Source: Ramazzottius varieornatus
Lineage: Eukaryota; Animalia; Tardigrada
Direction: 5' to 3'
DNA length: 64,000 nt
NCBI GenBank assembly: GCA_001949185.1
Contig: BDGG01000004.1
Span: 645,620 to 709,619, forward strand
Shown in pieces: positions 37,519 to 49,428 of the stretch. Within the stretch, counting starts at the first letter, position 1, and each line of letters starts with the position of its first letter. The notes beneath the pieces were generated by a model. The model saw only the letters and a program-made list of their open reading frames with translations. It was not told the DNA's origin and did not search any database. Made by a program: the position numbers and the translations under genes.

Positions 37519-38137
37519 CACGCGGCTGGAATAATTATTGGCCTGGACAAAATTCATGGCCGGACGGGCTGGCGGCAGTTCAACGCAGAGATGGTTATGT
37601 CATAGCAGAAACTAGCCTTGTGACGTCAGCAAGTAAAATTTCGCAGTGCAATATGCGGTGTACAGTCATTCCAGATTTCGTTCCTTATTTGGTACTTCTT
37701 TTTCCATCTTTTGAGCAAGGTTAGCCTGGAATATGCCGGAAAGTCTTAAGAGCAAGAGATAGCGAAGGTCTAGGGAGGATAGCCTGATAGTTGGTTTCAG
37801 TTGGTCCGTGCGGTCGCAGTTCAAGCCTTGATAAGGTGGTGGATTGCCTAAGTAAAGGCCTTCTCGGCGAGAGAAGTCAAGCGTGCACTTTGATGTACCA
37901 TCAGAGTTGCATTTGCCCAGCAAAATAACCAAGCATATAGAGGGGAATCAGATCTACGATGATTGAGAAGATCTCTGCAAAACGTTTGGTTGTTCCTGAC
38001 TTCGTGTAGGTAAAGCGGTAATGTGTGGTGAAAGCCAGTTCTGTTTCAGTCGCAAGTGAATACAGCTGGCGAGGCCGCTGGTTCGGAAATTAGTGGCCAG
38101 AAATTTTGTCCAGGCTAGTGATTAGGCCAGCCGCGTG
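37519..38137. mobile_element. TA-flanked MITE (~620 bp)
   Basis: CACGCGGCTGG...GCCTGGACAAAATT at left mirrored by AATTTTGTCCAGGC...CCAGCCGCGTG at right; TA on both sides. Confidence 0.75.
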
Positions 38138-38227
38138 TACCTAAGTTGCTAGTAAAAGTTATGGGCCAGGCTATTTCGCTACGGCGTTACGAAAGCACGT
38201 ACGCATACGACTGATTCATACTATATA

Positions 38228-38392
38228 CAGTGTACGACAAGATAAACCTTTGAAAATGGGTGTATGGAGCCAGATGGTTAAAGCCAATGAAATTTGTGCG
38301 TGCAGCAAAACCTAATTCTCATTGGCTGACTCGTAAGTAAGCTCAGCTGGAGTGTTACGCCCATTTTCAACCGTTTGTTTTGCCGTGCACTG
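38228..38392. mobile_element. Tc1-like MITE (CAGTG termini, TA TSD), family copy 2
   Basis: TA-CAGTGTACGACAAGATAAACC...AAAATGGG and CCCATTTT...GCCGTGCACTG-TA; similar to 2632-2800. Confidence 0.75.
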
Positions 38393-39192
38393 TAGTACCT
38401 ATGTAATACGCTTTTCGACACTTTTCTTCGGTTGAATTTCCAGCCGTCTTTCCCCCTGGCCCATAATTTCTACTGCTCGTATTGTTTTTCGTACGTTTAC
38501 CTGCAAAGTCGAGTGCCGGTTTGAAGATCGAGGAACCCAAAGGTTCCTTTTCGAGGAGCGCCATAGTCTGATGCCAAAGCTGAGCCACGGCGCCTTCACT
38601 TTTGACTTCTTCTTGGTCAACAGCGATGTGGATAGCTTCGGTCATGGCTTCGGGATCCATTCAGTTGTGCATCTTGTTGTGGCTCACGTGGCGAGTAATC
38701 GTTACTCCAGGAGACGGAATCAACAAATGATACAATTCAGCTTCAAAAGTTCAACGTTGACACAAGGAAGGGCATGCCACAACCAGCACTGGCAAGGCCG
38801 CGACGCCGACGGATCGAATGTCGAGACACCCACGCGGAAGACCCTGAACGTTAACAGTAGAACATTCCGAAACTGACGTACGGTATGAGTATGACCTCGC
38901 AAGGTAGCTAGCTAGTAGTTAACCAGGAGGACCAATCAGAGTAACAACGGAATTTTAATGTAGGAACTGATAGAGCGGATGAAAAACCGGCAAGAAATTA
39001 AAGTCGGACAAACGAAATGAAGGATGGTGGCATTTCGGGCTCCTGAAGAGTATTAAGTCGGAAAATGATTATACAGGTAAACGGTAAGTGCAATGATAAT
39101 CACTTGAAATCAGAAATCCTTCTGTACCGTGTGATCTCGACCGGTACCGTGCTTCTGATCTGGAGATTGTACTTGAATACGTACAAAACTCC

Positions 39193-39378
39193 TCAGCCAC
39201 CGCATCTGCATATCGGTGGGGAACTGCTGTCACATTTCCCGCCGCGATGGCCCTGCTTCCGACACTGAACATTGCAAGCGGAGAAGCTGTAGCACGGTCC
39301 ACCAGCCTGACGAGCGAAGATCGAGCCCATCCCAACCAGAAGTAGCACCATTACAAGAACTACCGTAGAAGATTTCAT
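39193..39378 (-). CDS. CSab defensin-like antimicrobial peptide, 6 Cys
   Basis: MKSSTVVLVMVLLLVGMGSIFA signal + RQAGGPCYSFSACNVQCRKQGHRGGKCDSSSPPICRCGG; C-x5-C-x3-C-x9-C-x7-C-x-C; shares CRKQG.R.G.C with the 34.6 kb peptide. Confidence 0.92.
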   Translation of the reverse strand: MKSSTVVLVMVLLLVGMGSIFARQAGGPCYSFSACNVQCRKQGHRGGKCDSSSPPICRCGG

Positions 39379-39845
39379 CTTGCCTTCCAACTGTTCCTCA
39401 ATTTTCCAGTTGAAACCAGTGTGAAAGAAAGAGGTACAAAGCCCACATAAAGCTCTGAAGTAAACGCGACGCACAACAGCGCTTCGTTCACTGCGTTTAT
39501 TTTTGTTTATTATTCTTTCTGGTCAGCGAAGGCGCTTGTTTCTTTTGATCGAACAAAGATTATTGTGACGGTTAGAAACGGCGTGTAAAGCGATCATATC
39601 TGAGTGAGCTAAACACTGCCGGAAAATGACCAGTTCAAAAACACGTCACTAGGCAAGACGAAGTCACACCAGTCAAACACGGACAGTTCAAACTATGAAT
39701 TAATAATTAAGAGGTAGATCAAAACCACGGGGAAAACTTCAACAACCACATGCAAAGTTCCAGATCAAACTTGAAAACGCAAAAAATACAGCAAGCTCAT
39801 TTCCCAAATGTTCAGTGACGCCGGGTACCGACGTCCATCCAATTC

Positions 39846-42800
39846 TCAATACTTGTATCTATACAAGAACCTGCAACAAAAAGCATAATTATGCATAAAT
39901 GGAACTCAGGCAAGCAAACCCGGCAAGATTTTTTTTTCAAGTGGCGCACCCAACCGTCCGACAACACTGGAAACGTGCGCCACTTTGGAAGACTTGAAAA
40001 GCTGTCCTTACCAAGTGGCCTACGCTTTCCGTGTTATTGCCTGACAGATGCGCCACTTGGGAAAACAGTCTTGTCGAGTTTGTTGAGCTTCCAACCAGCT
40101 TCAGAATAAGATTTTTGATGCGATACGTACACATTGTCAATGCGTTCCTTCGTCAGATACTCTCTGAGAATCAAACTATTGATTCGGTCGTGCAGTTCGT
40201 CGTCGAACACGTCCAGCTGCATCCTTCGGCCCAAATCCTTCTTCACCGCCTCGTTCAGGCTCGCGCCATCCATTTCCTTGTTCACCTTCATCACCCTAAC
40301 GATACTTGCATCGACGATCTGTCTGCGACCGCCGGCTTCCCACGAATGGTTTGCCGTGATCGCTACTACTTCCTCGATGTCATGTACCCATGTTGGAGGA
40401 ATCTGGATACGGCTTGAAGGTGGGATGAAGTGGGTGTTCAGCTGGATACCGACAGAATCGACAACGAGTATCTTGTGTTTGCCAAATGACAGGTCGTGAA
40501 GAGTGCTCTGAAGGATTCTGACGGGTATGGAGGTAATGACGTGTAGCTCATCTAACGTCCGGCGAGTGCGATCGTTGAAAAGGAGGAGAATGCAGGTCTG
40601 CGTCAGGGAGAGCTGTACAACGCATTCGGTATCGACATCGAAGCGTGCCGTGAGGGTTACGGATCCGAACTGAGGATGAAGGGCGACTTTGCGTCCTTTG
40701 TGTCTCAAGTTATAAAATCTGGAAAATGCAAGAAACAATGGAACTGAATGAAAAAAAGATTAAGAGATCAATAGAAACGTCGCCAGATCATCATCTCAAG
40801 TGGCGCACGCTGTCATTGACATCAGTTGAAATTTTCAGTCAACATCAATGACGGCGTGCGCCACTTGAGAGAACGATCTAGATGAATTTGTTCGCAGACG
40901 TCGTAGCTGTCGTCGTTACCTGGAATAATCTTCGAAGATAGGTGCGAGTTCGTATGGAAGATTCAGCGAGTACGAGTTTTGTAGGCTGATGGGCCATAAA
41001 CCACTCCTCAACATGAGAACAGAACAGTCAATCTCCGAACCGGTTTCGATCGAGTGAAAATGACTCGTCAGCTTCTTTGACGTCTCCACGTCGTCCACCA
41101 TGCGGACTAGTTCCAACAGAGTGTTTGCGCCTCCATAACACGCTGCAGATTTTCTGTTCTTCTCCATGCGTTTGTGGAGAATGTTGAAGGCGTCGAGATT
41201 CCGGTTGAAGGCGCGACCGGTGAGGAGGCGACGCGCTAGCAAACGTTTGCAGGCTGTCTCGAAAGACGCCCTGTCGGGGAGGAAGGAGAGTAGGTCGCCG
41301 ATACGGTTGATATCGGCAGGGTCGACAGGCTTGGTGGATCGAAGGAGCTGATCGTCGATGGAGTGAAGAAGGAGTTCTTGGATGTTGCATTGGTGGGACG
41401 CGACGGTCCGACCGATTGAGGCATGGACAAGAGCGTCGAATGCGGGGTCCTTGTCGAAGGAGAACTGTGCGAAGTTGTCGCAACGCTTCTTTAACTGCAA
41501 CAAATCCTAGAAAAAAGGACGGGAGTGGAATTTCACCCTGCCGAACATTTCAAACTCGTGCTGCGTTTACAGATGAACAACAGTAAATTTCCAGCAACAG
41601 GGTATGAATGTCCTTACAGTTACTAATGTCGTGGTCTCCAGCCCCATTTTTGAAGTGAATTCAGCGGAGAGCTCGACGGCGATCTGTTGGAAGAAAATCT
41701 GTCTTCCATCTGGTAGATGTTCCAGAAGAATGTACAGATTGGACAACTCTGAAACGAAGGAGATAGTTGGGTACATAGTTCAGGCATACAGTTCATCGAA
41801 GAGCAAAGCAAAGTTTTCCGGCAAGCACTGGACTACGATTAAGTCAATACGGACCGTCATGGCGATTTTCATTGATGAGTTGATGGACATGCCCGTTCTT
41901 GTCCAGCAAGTAAGTCAACGGCTTCTTGATAATCTCTTCCATGAGATACTCTCTATACCGGGTCACGACTTCCGGTTCGAAGACGCCCTGTATTCTTTCT
42001 ATTTCTTTGGTAAAGAGGCGGTCAGCTGCGACAGCGTAAGTCATCACGTTGGAGCTGGTGAAGATTTCTGCTGCTATTCCCTAAAATGAGAAAAGCGAAC
42101 ATTGACCAAAAATCCCCAATCGTCTCAAGAATGGAGATTCCTACCTGAATAAACGCATGGGAAGCTTCGAAGAAAGGTTTCTCGATAATATTCTCGTAGT
42201 AGGTCTTTCTGCCGTCAGCCAGTTCCACGAACATGTCGCAAAGACCTTTCAGCGTGGAGCGATCAAAGTATCCACCTTCGTCCATCTCGCGGTCCCGATA
42301 GATCCAAGAAGCGACCAGTGCTTTCAACTTGTCTCCATTAGGATCAAATCCGAAGAATAGATCATGGAACATTGTCAACGCCTGCTGACGACATGTTGGT
42401 ATCCTTTCTTGTGGAACGAAGACGCGGTCCTGCAAAACCGACTTCGGGAAACAACCGTAGAAAAATATCATGTAGCTCCGTTTCAGAACCTTAAATTCTT
42501 TCGAAGTTCAAAAACCAACCGGTCACGTGGTTTGATCTGTACAACGGCTACAGCATACATCACGGGGTTCGACCAAAGGTTTTGGTTTTCACTTACCACA
42601 TACATCAACCAGTCGCTGCACAAGTCCACACTTTTTCGAAAGTCCAGAAACGCCGTGGTTAATCTATGCAGGGATGTTTCGTCCAGTTTATCCAGGACAT
42701 TTTGCCGGATCTACAAAGCAATATGGCTATTGGTCATGTCCGAAAACAGTGCGTCGATCAGGTAAGAGGCGCACCAGTTCGAATTGCTTGTTGATAACAT

Positions 42801-43014
42801 CTTTGTATGTCGCGACGAGTTTCCATCCTCCTTTATGTATTGTCAGATAATAGCAACATGTGTACATCTCGTGGAAGGAACAGCCACTCCAGTCGGTGCT
42901 GAATATCTTGGTAAAGCGACTCCGTGCAAAGTCCAGCAATGGTGCCTCGTTGTACTCGCGCAGGATATCTCCCCATGGAAGGCACAGATCCTCCATCGCT
43001 CGCTCATTTTCCAT
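39846..43014 (-). CDS. Divergent cullin-3-like E3 scaffold (multi-exon)
   Basis: SFHEMYTCCYYLTIHKGG, DWLMYV/DRVFV, YYENIIEKPFFEAS, LLARRLL, MLRSGLWP, FYNLRHKGRKV, VDASIVRVMK (neddylation Lys), RINSLILREYL. A terminal micro-exon 39846-39870 spliced from 40131 gives a cullin-like end NVFLYRYKY stop. Confidence 0.9.
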
Positions 43015-44787
43015 ATCCAGCGGCTGCGATGCCTTGGCCTATAATACTGCAGAGATACGTGGTCTACGACTCCAAATGTCCGTGATGCATGTCGGAAGGA
43101 TTTCTTGAACGTAACTAAGCTCCTGATGAAATTGTCCTTCTGCAAATCGACGTGGATTGCAAAATTTTCTTGTTGTGACTTTTCGACTTAGCCGCTGTGA
43201 CGTCATGTGGTCGGGCTCGGTAAGTCATACCGGTGACGTCACAGGCAGGAAAGTTGCCCAGTTTCAAACTATAGTGTTGCGTTGACTGCTTTGTTGACGT
43301 GCACGATAGCTGAGCTTATCAATCAATCGAAGCGGTACGTTACAAGGTTCGAGCCCTGGATTACGCAGGGAAGAAATAAAAAGCCCGTTTGGGTTCTCCT
43401 GCGTGACTGGCATGACAATCAAGCCTCCTGCCAAACGCCAAATCCACTTCGGTCCAAGGGCCACTAAACGTCGAGCTTCAAGCACGCAACGCTGATTGTG
43501 TGCGGCGGTGCGCTCGAACAGAGGGGCAGATTGATGAACAAGGAAGTTGTCAGTGCGTGAGATCACTGGGATGAGTCAAGCTCGGGATCAAGCTGTGCGG
43601 GCGGTTGGCACTGATAGGAGGGAAGAGGAAGTGGGAGCGCCGCACAAGCCAGGGTTCTTGATAGAGCTATAATGAACGAGTTTACACATTGCACTTCATC
43701 TCACGCAACCAAAGACAGGGCAGAAGAATAGCGACCTCGAATCCCTGAAACATTGCATTGGGAGCTGTATACTGCCTCATACATGACAAATGCAGTCAGG
43801 CAGAAGTATGTACAAGAGGGAAGAAAACCAACGCCAAATCCTTCTTCCACAGAGACTTGCTACAGCTGCCCCAACGTCGATATAGCACTGTTGATCTGTT
43901 GAAGGATACCAGCAGGCCAACCTGAGTGATTTTTTTAACTGATCTGTGCGGCGCTGTAATTTGCTCTTGTTTGTAGACCCTGACCAAGTGCTGTTGGCGT
44001 TATCCACCCACTCTTTTCCCATTATCCAGATTTCCTTCCCGGCTTAATTCGGCAAATTATACTTTCAGCTCTTCTGATAACTATTGTTCGGCACTGGCAC
44101 GGGAAGTTCCAGAGACCAGCCTCCACCAGACCATCCCAGCAGAAACCCGAACAAACCGTCAAGATACAGGAAGGATCGTTCAGGTTTGTGCGCAATTTCG
44201 TTTCATCGATCTTATCCCCATGCTAATTTTCATCGAGATGGCTCATCGGATTTCTGCAACGGTTATTTTCTGGGTTACAGGAAAAAGTCGTCCCGATGCA
44301 CTGAAGATCGTCACTATCAGCGGTAAGTCGTACCGTACTGTATAGATGGTCTATGCAATGTGGAAATTTGGAGGGGAAATCGATCGACTGACTTTGTGTA
44401 ATGTCGAATATGGTTGCGGGTTATCGCTGATTCCGAAACAAGGAGCCCTCGTTTATGCGTGTGGATATTTTCCCATATTGTATTGCTCGTTGGAGCATAC
44501 AAAGCATACAACAGCTGTTTATTTTATTGTGTTTGCAGAGCGACATATGTTTGGAGCCGTCAAAGAAAGATCAGGAAGAGTTTAAGGAAGGCGATATGGA
44601 CGCAATATGCAGAGGAAGGTGATGAGCGAGGCATGTTGTCAAAAGTGGGAACTTCCGGTGGGTATTAGTCCAGCAGACTGACAACTTCGATCGCTTCCTC
44701 AGCCTAGCTTCCTCGCCTCCCTGTCAACTATCATCCGCCGGCCAGCATCAGATCCGGACAGAGTACAGCGCTCCAAATTACGCAAAC

Positions 44788-46716
44788 ATGATCGATCAAG
44801 TTTGGTCCTCCAGCGTGGCACGCTATATCGGCATCTTTGGCCTGTACATTGTCTACCTCCTCATCGGCTCCTCCATTTTCGACGCCATTGAAAACCCTTC
44901 CGTCCACAACCGCATCCAGCTGTGCGTAAATAGGAACCTCAGATATAACCACAGTGATCTCGCCTAGCCATAACTAGATTCTAATAGCTTTTTCGTTTTA
45001 GGCTGGAACAAGGGCGCAATCGATTTCTGCGGGAAAATCCTTGCCTTGACCGTACGTAATCGATGAGCGACACATGCAGACCGTTTAATTTCGTCACTGA
45101 GTCTTATTAACTGAAAACCTTTTGTAGTATCTTGTTTATTTACCAGATCTATTGTTCGACAAAATCGAAAATGAAAATAAATTTTAGAAAGATTTCGGCG
45201 CCGGTATCTTCGAAGTTCTTTTCGTCTGATCTATTAATTGGTCTTTGGTCACCGATTGAACACCATTGTGCTGAATTGGAGTGTATCTGGTTTCTTGACA
45301 TTCCTCTATAATATCATGTAGGCGATTCTGTGGATTCGTACGTGGATGAGGTCCTGGAAATTATGGGCCACAGCAACGTTACCCGTCCGTCCTATATTAC
45401 CTGGCTCTTCTTCGCTTCCACTCTGGTAACCACCATCGGTAAGGTAGTCGATTTCCCGCATGCTGACTTTTAACTTCCTGCGGGCGTTGCTACTTAGACA
45501 CGATCAACGTCAGTCATTCGATAGCTTGTCTGAACAGGATACGGGCAGGTACCACCCTTGTCCTATGGATCCAAGGCCTTCGCCATTTGGTACGCCCGTA
45601 CGACCCCATAGTTGAGCTAATCGTCTCATAAATGAACCGAATATATTTCTGTTCTTCAGCTTTTGTACTCTGGGCGTACCCTTCACATTGATTTTGCTGA
45701 AGACCATCACGGAAAAATTGATGGACATGACCAGCCAGTTTCTAGAGTATCTGAACCGGCGGCTGGGTGAGTCGTTTTTTGTATACTGTACCACTTCCGG
45801 GTCCGCTCAACATCGATCTAGCCACCACATTTTCTGTTGCAGGTCATCTATATCGACCAGTCCACATAAGGCTCCTCCACGCGGTACTAATTACGGTAAA
45901 TGGAGGTTTCAGAATTGGTCTTGGCGGTTTCACAGAATGAAACGCTGGAATGTCAGGGACCGTTCTCATTTTACAGACCACTTGTGTGTTACTGGTTTTC
46001 CTGTTGCCGGCAGCAGTTTTCTCGGCCGTCGAACCAGAGTGGACTTTTCTGGATTCGTTGTAAGTCATGCATACCCTTCCACTATTCGGGGTTCTTCTGA
46101 GCAGTTTTTTAACCGCATTGCAGATACTACAGCTACATGACGGTGACAACGATCGGTAAGTCATCATGGAGGAAGAAACAGCTTGTACGAAACCACGTAG
46201 AGAACTGGCCGGCTCCGTCATGCTCTTCATAGCTAAATAGTTTCTTTCCATTAGGCGTCGTTGATGTTCTACCCTCCTCCAGGATACAAAATGTTGAAGC
46301 GGAAGCGGTTTATAAGATTTTTGTGTTGCGTAAGTGTGTCCGTTGTTTCTAACCCTGTCCAAAACTTACAGTAATTTTGTTCTTTAGTCTACATATTTTT
46401 CGGGCTGTGCTTTACGGTGAGTAGATCTGTGTGTACATTGCTTGAATGCGGGTTCTCGAATTCATTGGTTGTTCAGTTGCTTTGTCTGGCCATCATCAAC
46501 GAGATCCCACAAATCAACTTCCTCCTTCGCTTCCTTCATCCAAGTCCCGACGGGTTCGTGCACAAGAAGATGACAAACGAGCCAACGGAGAACAGCAACT
46601 TGGTGACCACGAAGACCATCCACAAGCATCACTACATGGACCGGCACCGCGGCGATGGCGATTCAAACTTCAGCCGGCAGACCAGCATCAGCTTCAGTAG
46701 CGACAATGAAAACTAA
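44788..46716 (+). CDS. Two-pore-domain K+ channel, TWIK/KCNK1-like (multi-exon), atypical second filter
   Basis: M1 LYIVYLLIGSSIFDAIE; P1 WLFFASTLVTTIG/YGQVPPLSYGSKAF; M2 LGVPFTLILL; M3 LLPAAVFSAVEPEWTFLDSL; P2 YYSYMTVTTIG/VVDVLP; M4 YKIFVLLYIFFGLCFT. Splice phases around both pore loops are consistent. Start may extend upstream. Confidence 0.92.
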
Positions 46717-47174
46717 ACTCAAACTGCCTATGTGACTTTTTGTGACGTTCGTTGTGATATCTTTCCAAAGATCTCTGTCCAGTAAGTACCTGTTGCAGTT
46801 GTACCTGAAATGTTCAGACGAGAAATGTCATGATCAAACGCAACGTTGAAAGTGTAAGATGTAGTTGTTCGTTCTCGGCGCTTCTCCATATGCATTAAGG
46901 ACGCTCCCAAACATTATGGCGGAAAACCAAACAGAGGTTCAGTGGTTACGTGACGTAGGCTGTATGAGTTATGGTTTTTGGTAGAGTCAAAGTACGAATG
47001 ATCTACAAAAGTATCACGTCTATGAATGGTCAACGACACAGTACGGAACATATGGTACTTCACTTTCGCAGCTGTCCTAACGCCTTTACCATCAGTCTTG
47101 ACTGATGAGCTTGAACAAAGAGGTATCGCTACTTAAGTGAAAACGACTGCTTGATTCTGTTGCAACCAGCAATT

Positions 47175-47402
47175 GGGCTCTGGGCAGAGCTCCTCATAAG
47201 TCTGGGGTCACGGCGTAGAGTCATGATCGATGATTTGGACAAGGGTCAGGGTAGCTCAAGGGTAGGGGCCGGGACTTGCCATGTGGAGGCCAAGAAATTT
47301 CAAGAAAAACCTGAAACCCTCCCTTGCCCTTGTTAAATTTCATCAATCAGCTGTGCCTCTACGCCATGACCCCAGACTTCTAAGGAACCTTGCTCACAGG
47401 CC
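47175..47402. mobile_element. MITE with GGG terminus and 4-bp TSD (Sola2-like), copy 2
   Basis: Reverse-oriented homologue of 21138-21358; AATT on both flanks (47171-47174, 47403-47406). Confidence 0.75.
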
Positions 47403-47827
47403 AATTACTTACTGGTTATTCCTCAACATGCTCGACAAACAGTTGTTGTTACCCAGTATGAGGTACCAGCAACGTGCACCTCTTTCGAGTTGCAGTCGGC
47501 AGGTGGTGACAGTAGTTCCAGCCCCAGCTACTGCTTAAAGCAGCATGTGCAAATTTAGCACGATGCGCAAAAGATCGTCATGCACATCTTCTAATTCCCT
47601 GTTGCAGGTTGCATCCGATGTATTTCAATAGACACACTTTTGCATGAAGAGTAACTTTGCAAAGGCAGAAACTTAGTGGAAGGTTCTCTTACTCCACTTC
47701 GACCGATTTTAAACATTAGGTTATTAGGACCGAATACCTTCGCCATCTCGCTATAAATTCAATCGACGTGCAAGTGATGATCATTCTTTTCCTTTCGAGA
47801 ATTCATACGAAGTTATCAAAGAGTAAC

Positions 47828-48727
47828 ATGAAGCAGTTGTTGACAGTATTTTTCTCAACAATGCGCCTCCTGGTTTTACTCGTACATTTGGGAGGTGGTG
47901 CTGAAGGTCTTCGGCAAAAACGTCAAGTGCCATTCGGTGGTTTCCCTGGAAAAGATTCCTTCTTGTTTCAGCTTAACGACTTGACACCGGTCAGCGCTTC
48001 CCAGATTACCGCTGCTCGTTGTGAGGCTCTCGTTGGTCAGGAAGCTCCGACTGGGTGTACTTATCTACCTCTTCTGGTTGATGCTACCGGCGCTCCGTTA
48101 AGTTGTCGGCTGGAATGCGGAACATTGACAAGCGCTCCTTTCTTTCCTCCGCCTGGATTTGGACAGTTCGGGCCACAAATTATACCCGATTACTTGCTGA
48201 CCAATGATTTTACAATCACTGACTTTAGCAACCTCGAGAGCTCAAATGCTTTTATAGGTGACTCGTACTTCCTGATTACACCTGCTGCAACGGCCACGAC
48301 ACCACTACCTACCGCTGGATCTGCGTCGACTTCTGTCTCAACCACGCCCTTGAATCCCACCACGGTTGCTCCGACGACTCCATCTGACACAGTTGTTTCC
48401 ACGAGGGCCACGACGACAGCGGTGACAGCCGATCCAATAACGATTCTAGATGCAATGATTGAAGAATGTAACAACGCTGGTCTCACTCCTGGTAATGGAT
48501 GCAGTTTCACTGGTGTCGCTTCCAGAACACCTGCGCTGACATGCAAGGAAACGTGTGTTAGCAGTCCTGCCATAGAACCGCCGTGCGACCCAGCTGCTGG
48601 AAGCCATGCTGAGCAGTGCTTATGTTATCGAGGACCACCAGAACCGGGATGCTCGTACAAGTTTAGCGGAAATCCTTATCCATCCTTGACCTGCCCGCAA
48701 AGTTGTCCTACAAGTTTTTGGGGATGA
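47828..48727 (+). CDS. Secreted Thr/Pro-rich mucin-like protein with three 4-Cys modules, intronless
   Basis: Signal-like N-terminus, RQKR furin site followed by Q, Thr-rich spacer, repeats C..GCTY..LSCRLEC, C..GCSF..LTCKETC, C..GCSY..LTCPQSC. Confidence 0.8.
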   Translation: MKQLLTVFFSTMRLLVLLVHLGGGAEGLRQKRQVPFGGFPGKDSFLFQLNDLTPVSASQITAARCEALVGQEAPTGCTYLPLLVDATGAPLSCRLECGTLTSAPFFPPPGFGQFGPQIIPDYLLTNDFTITDFSNLESSNAFIGDSYFLITPAATATTPLPTAGSASTSVSTTPLNPTTVAPTTPSDTVVSTRATTTAVTADPITILDAMIEECNNAGLTPGNGCSFTGVASRTPALTCKETCVSSPAIEPPCDPAAGSHAEQCLCYRGPPEPGCSYKFSGNPYPSLTCPQSCPTSFWG

Positions 48728-49428
48728 CCGGTTGGCATTCGCTCCGTTCAACGAAAGATAACTTTGAAGACAGAACGAATTCCGAACTAAAAATGATCGC
48801 TCTGTATCAGATTAACCCCGTTAGGTCAGAAAGTAGTGTTCTATACTCGGCCGACAGATGAGCATCATGCAGCTTTAGTGGCAACTAAGAAAACTAAACA
48901 CAGACTGCTCCGTAGCTTCCGGTGACCTCTGTCTGGTAAATCACCTTTATAGTTTCTCGGAAGGTCACAGAAGGTCTTCGTCACTGTCCGTTAAGTTACC
49001 TTACGATCTCTTTCCTTCATAGATCTGTCAATAAGGCTCAGTAAAGTTAACCCTTGTACTTATAGACGTTAAGCAAGAAACCCTTAAAATCGTACAAGCA
49101 TGGTGTTCACTGTCGAATCGGACATTTTGTTTTGAACGTTTATTACGTACACGCTAATCGAACTGACTCAGAGTACCGCAGATTATGAGCATTGATGTGT
49201 GAACAAGGATGATTCACTGATCGTGAGGGCTATATTTAGGTATGATCACATCATAACCGCACCAGCTCGCTATCTTACACGGTAACCATCACTGTGAACC
49301 TCGAGCGTCAACAACAGCTGTCAGCAAAGTCGTATCTCTTCGGAAGTTTCCGGATCTTCAGCATCGTGGGATGATAAGCACTTGCAATATTCGGTCTACG
49401 TATCGGGATTGCTATCTTGACTAACAGG

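Noticed and set aside
40034-40130. Cullin C-terminus apparently exonising a hairpin repeat (ORF track ending ...FPSGASVRQ)
   Set aside because: A GT donor at 40130 and an acceptor at 39871 give the cullin-like ending FLYRYKY, so this stretch is better read as intron.
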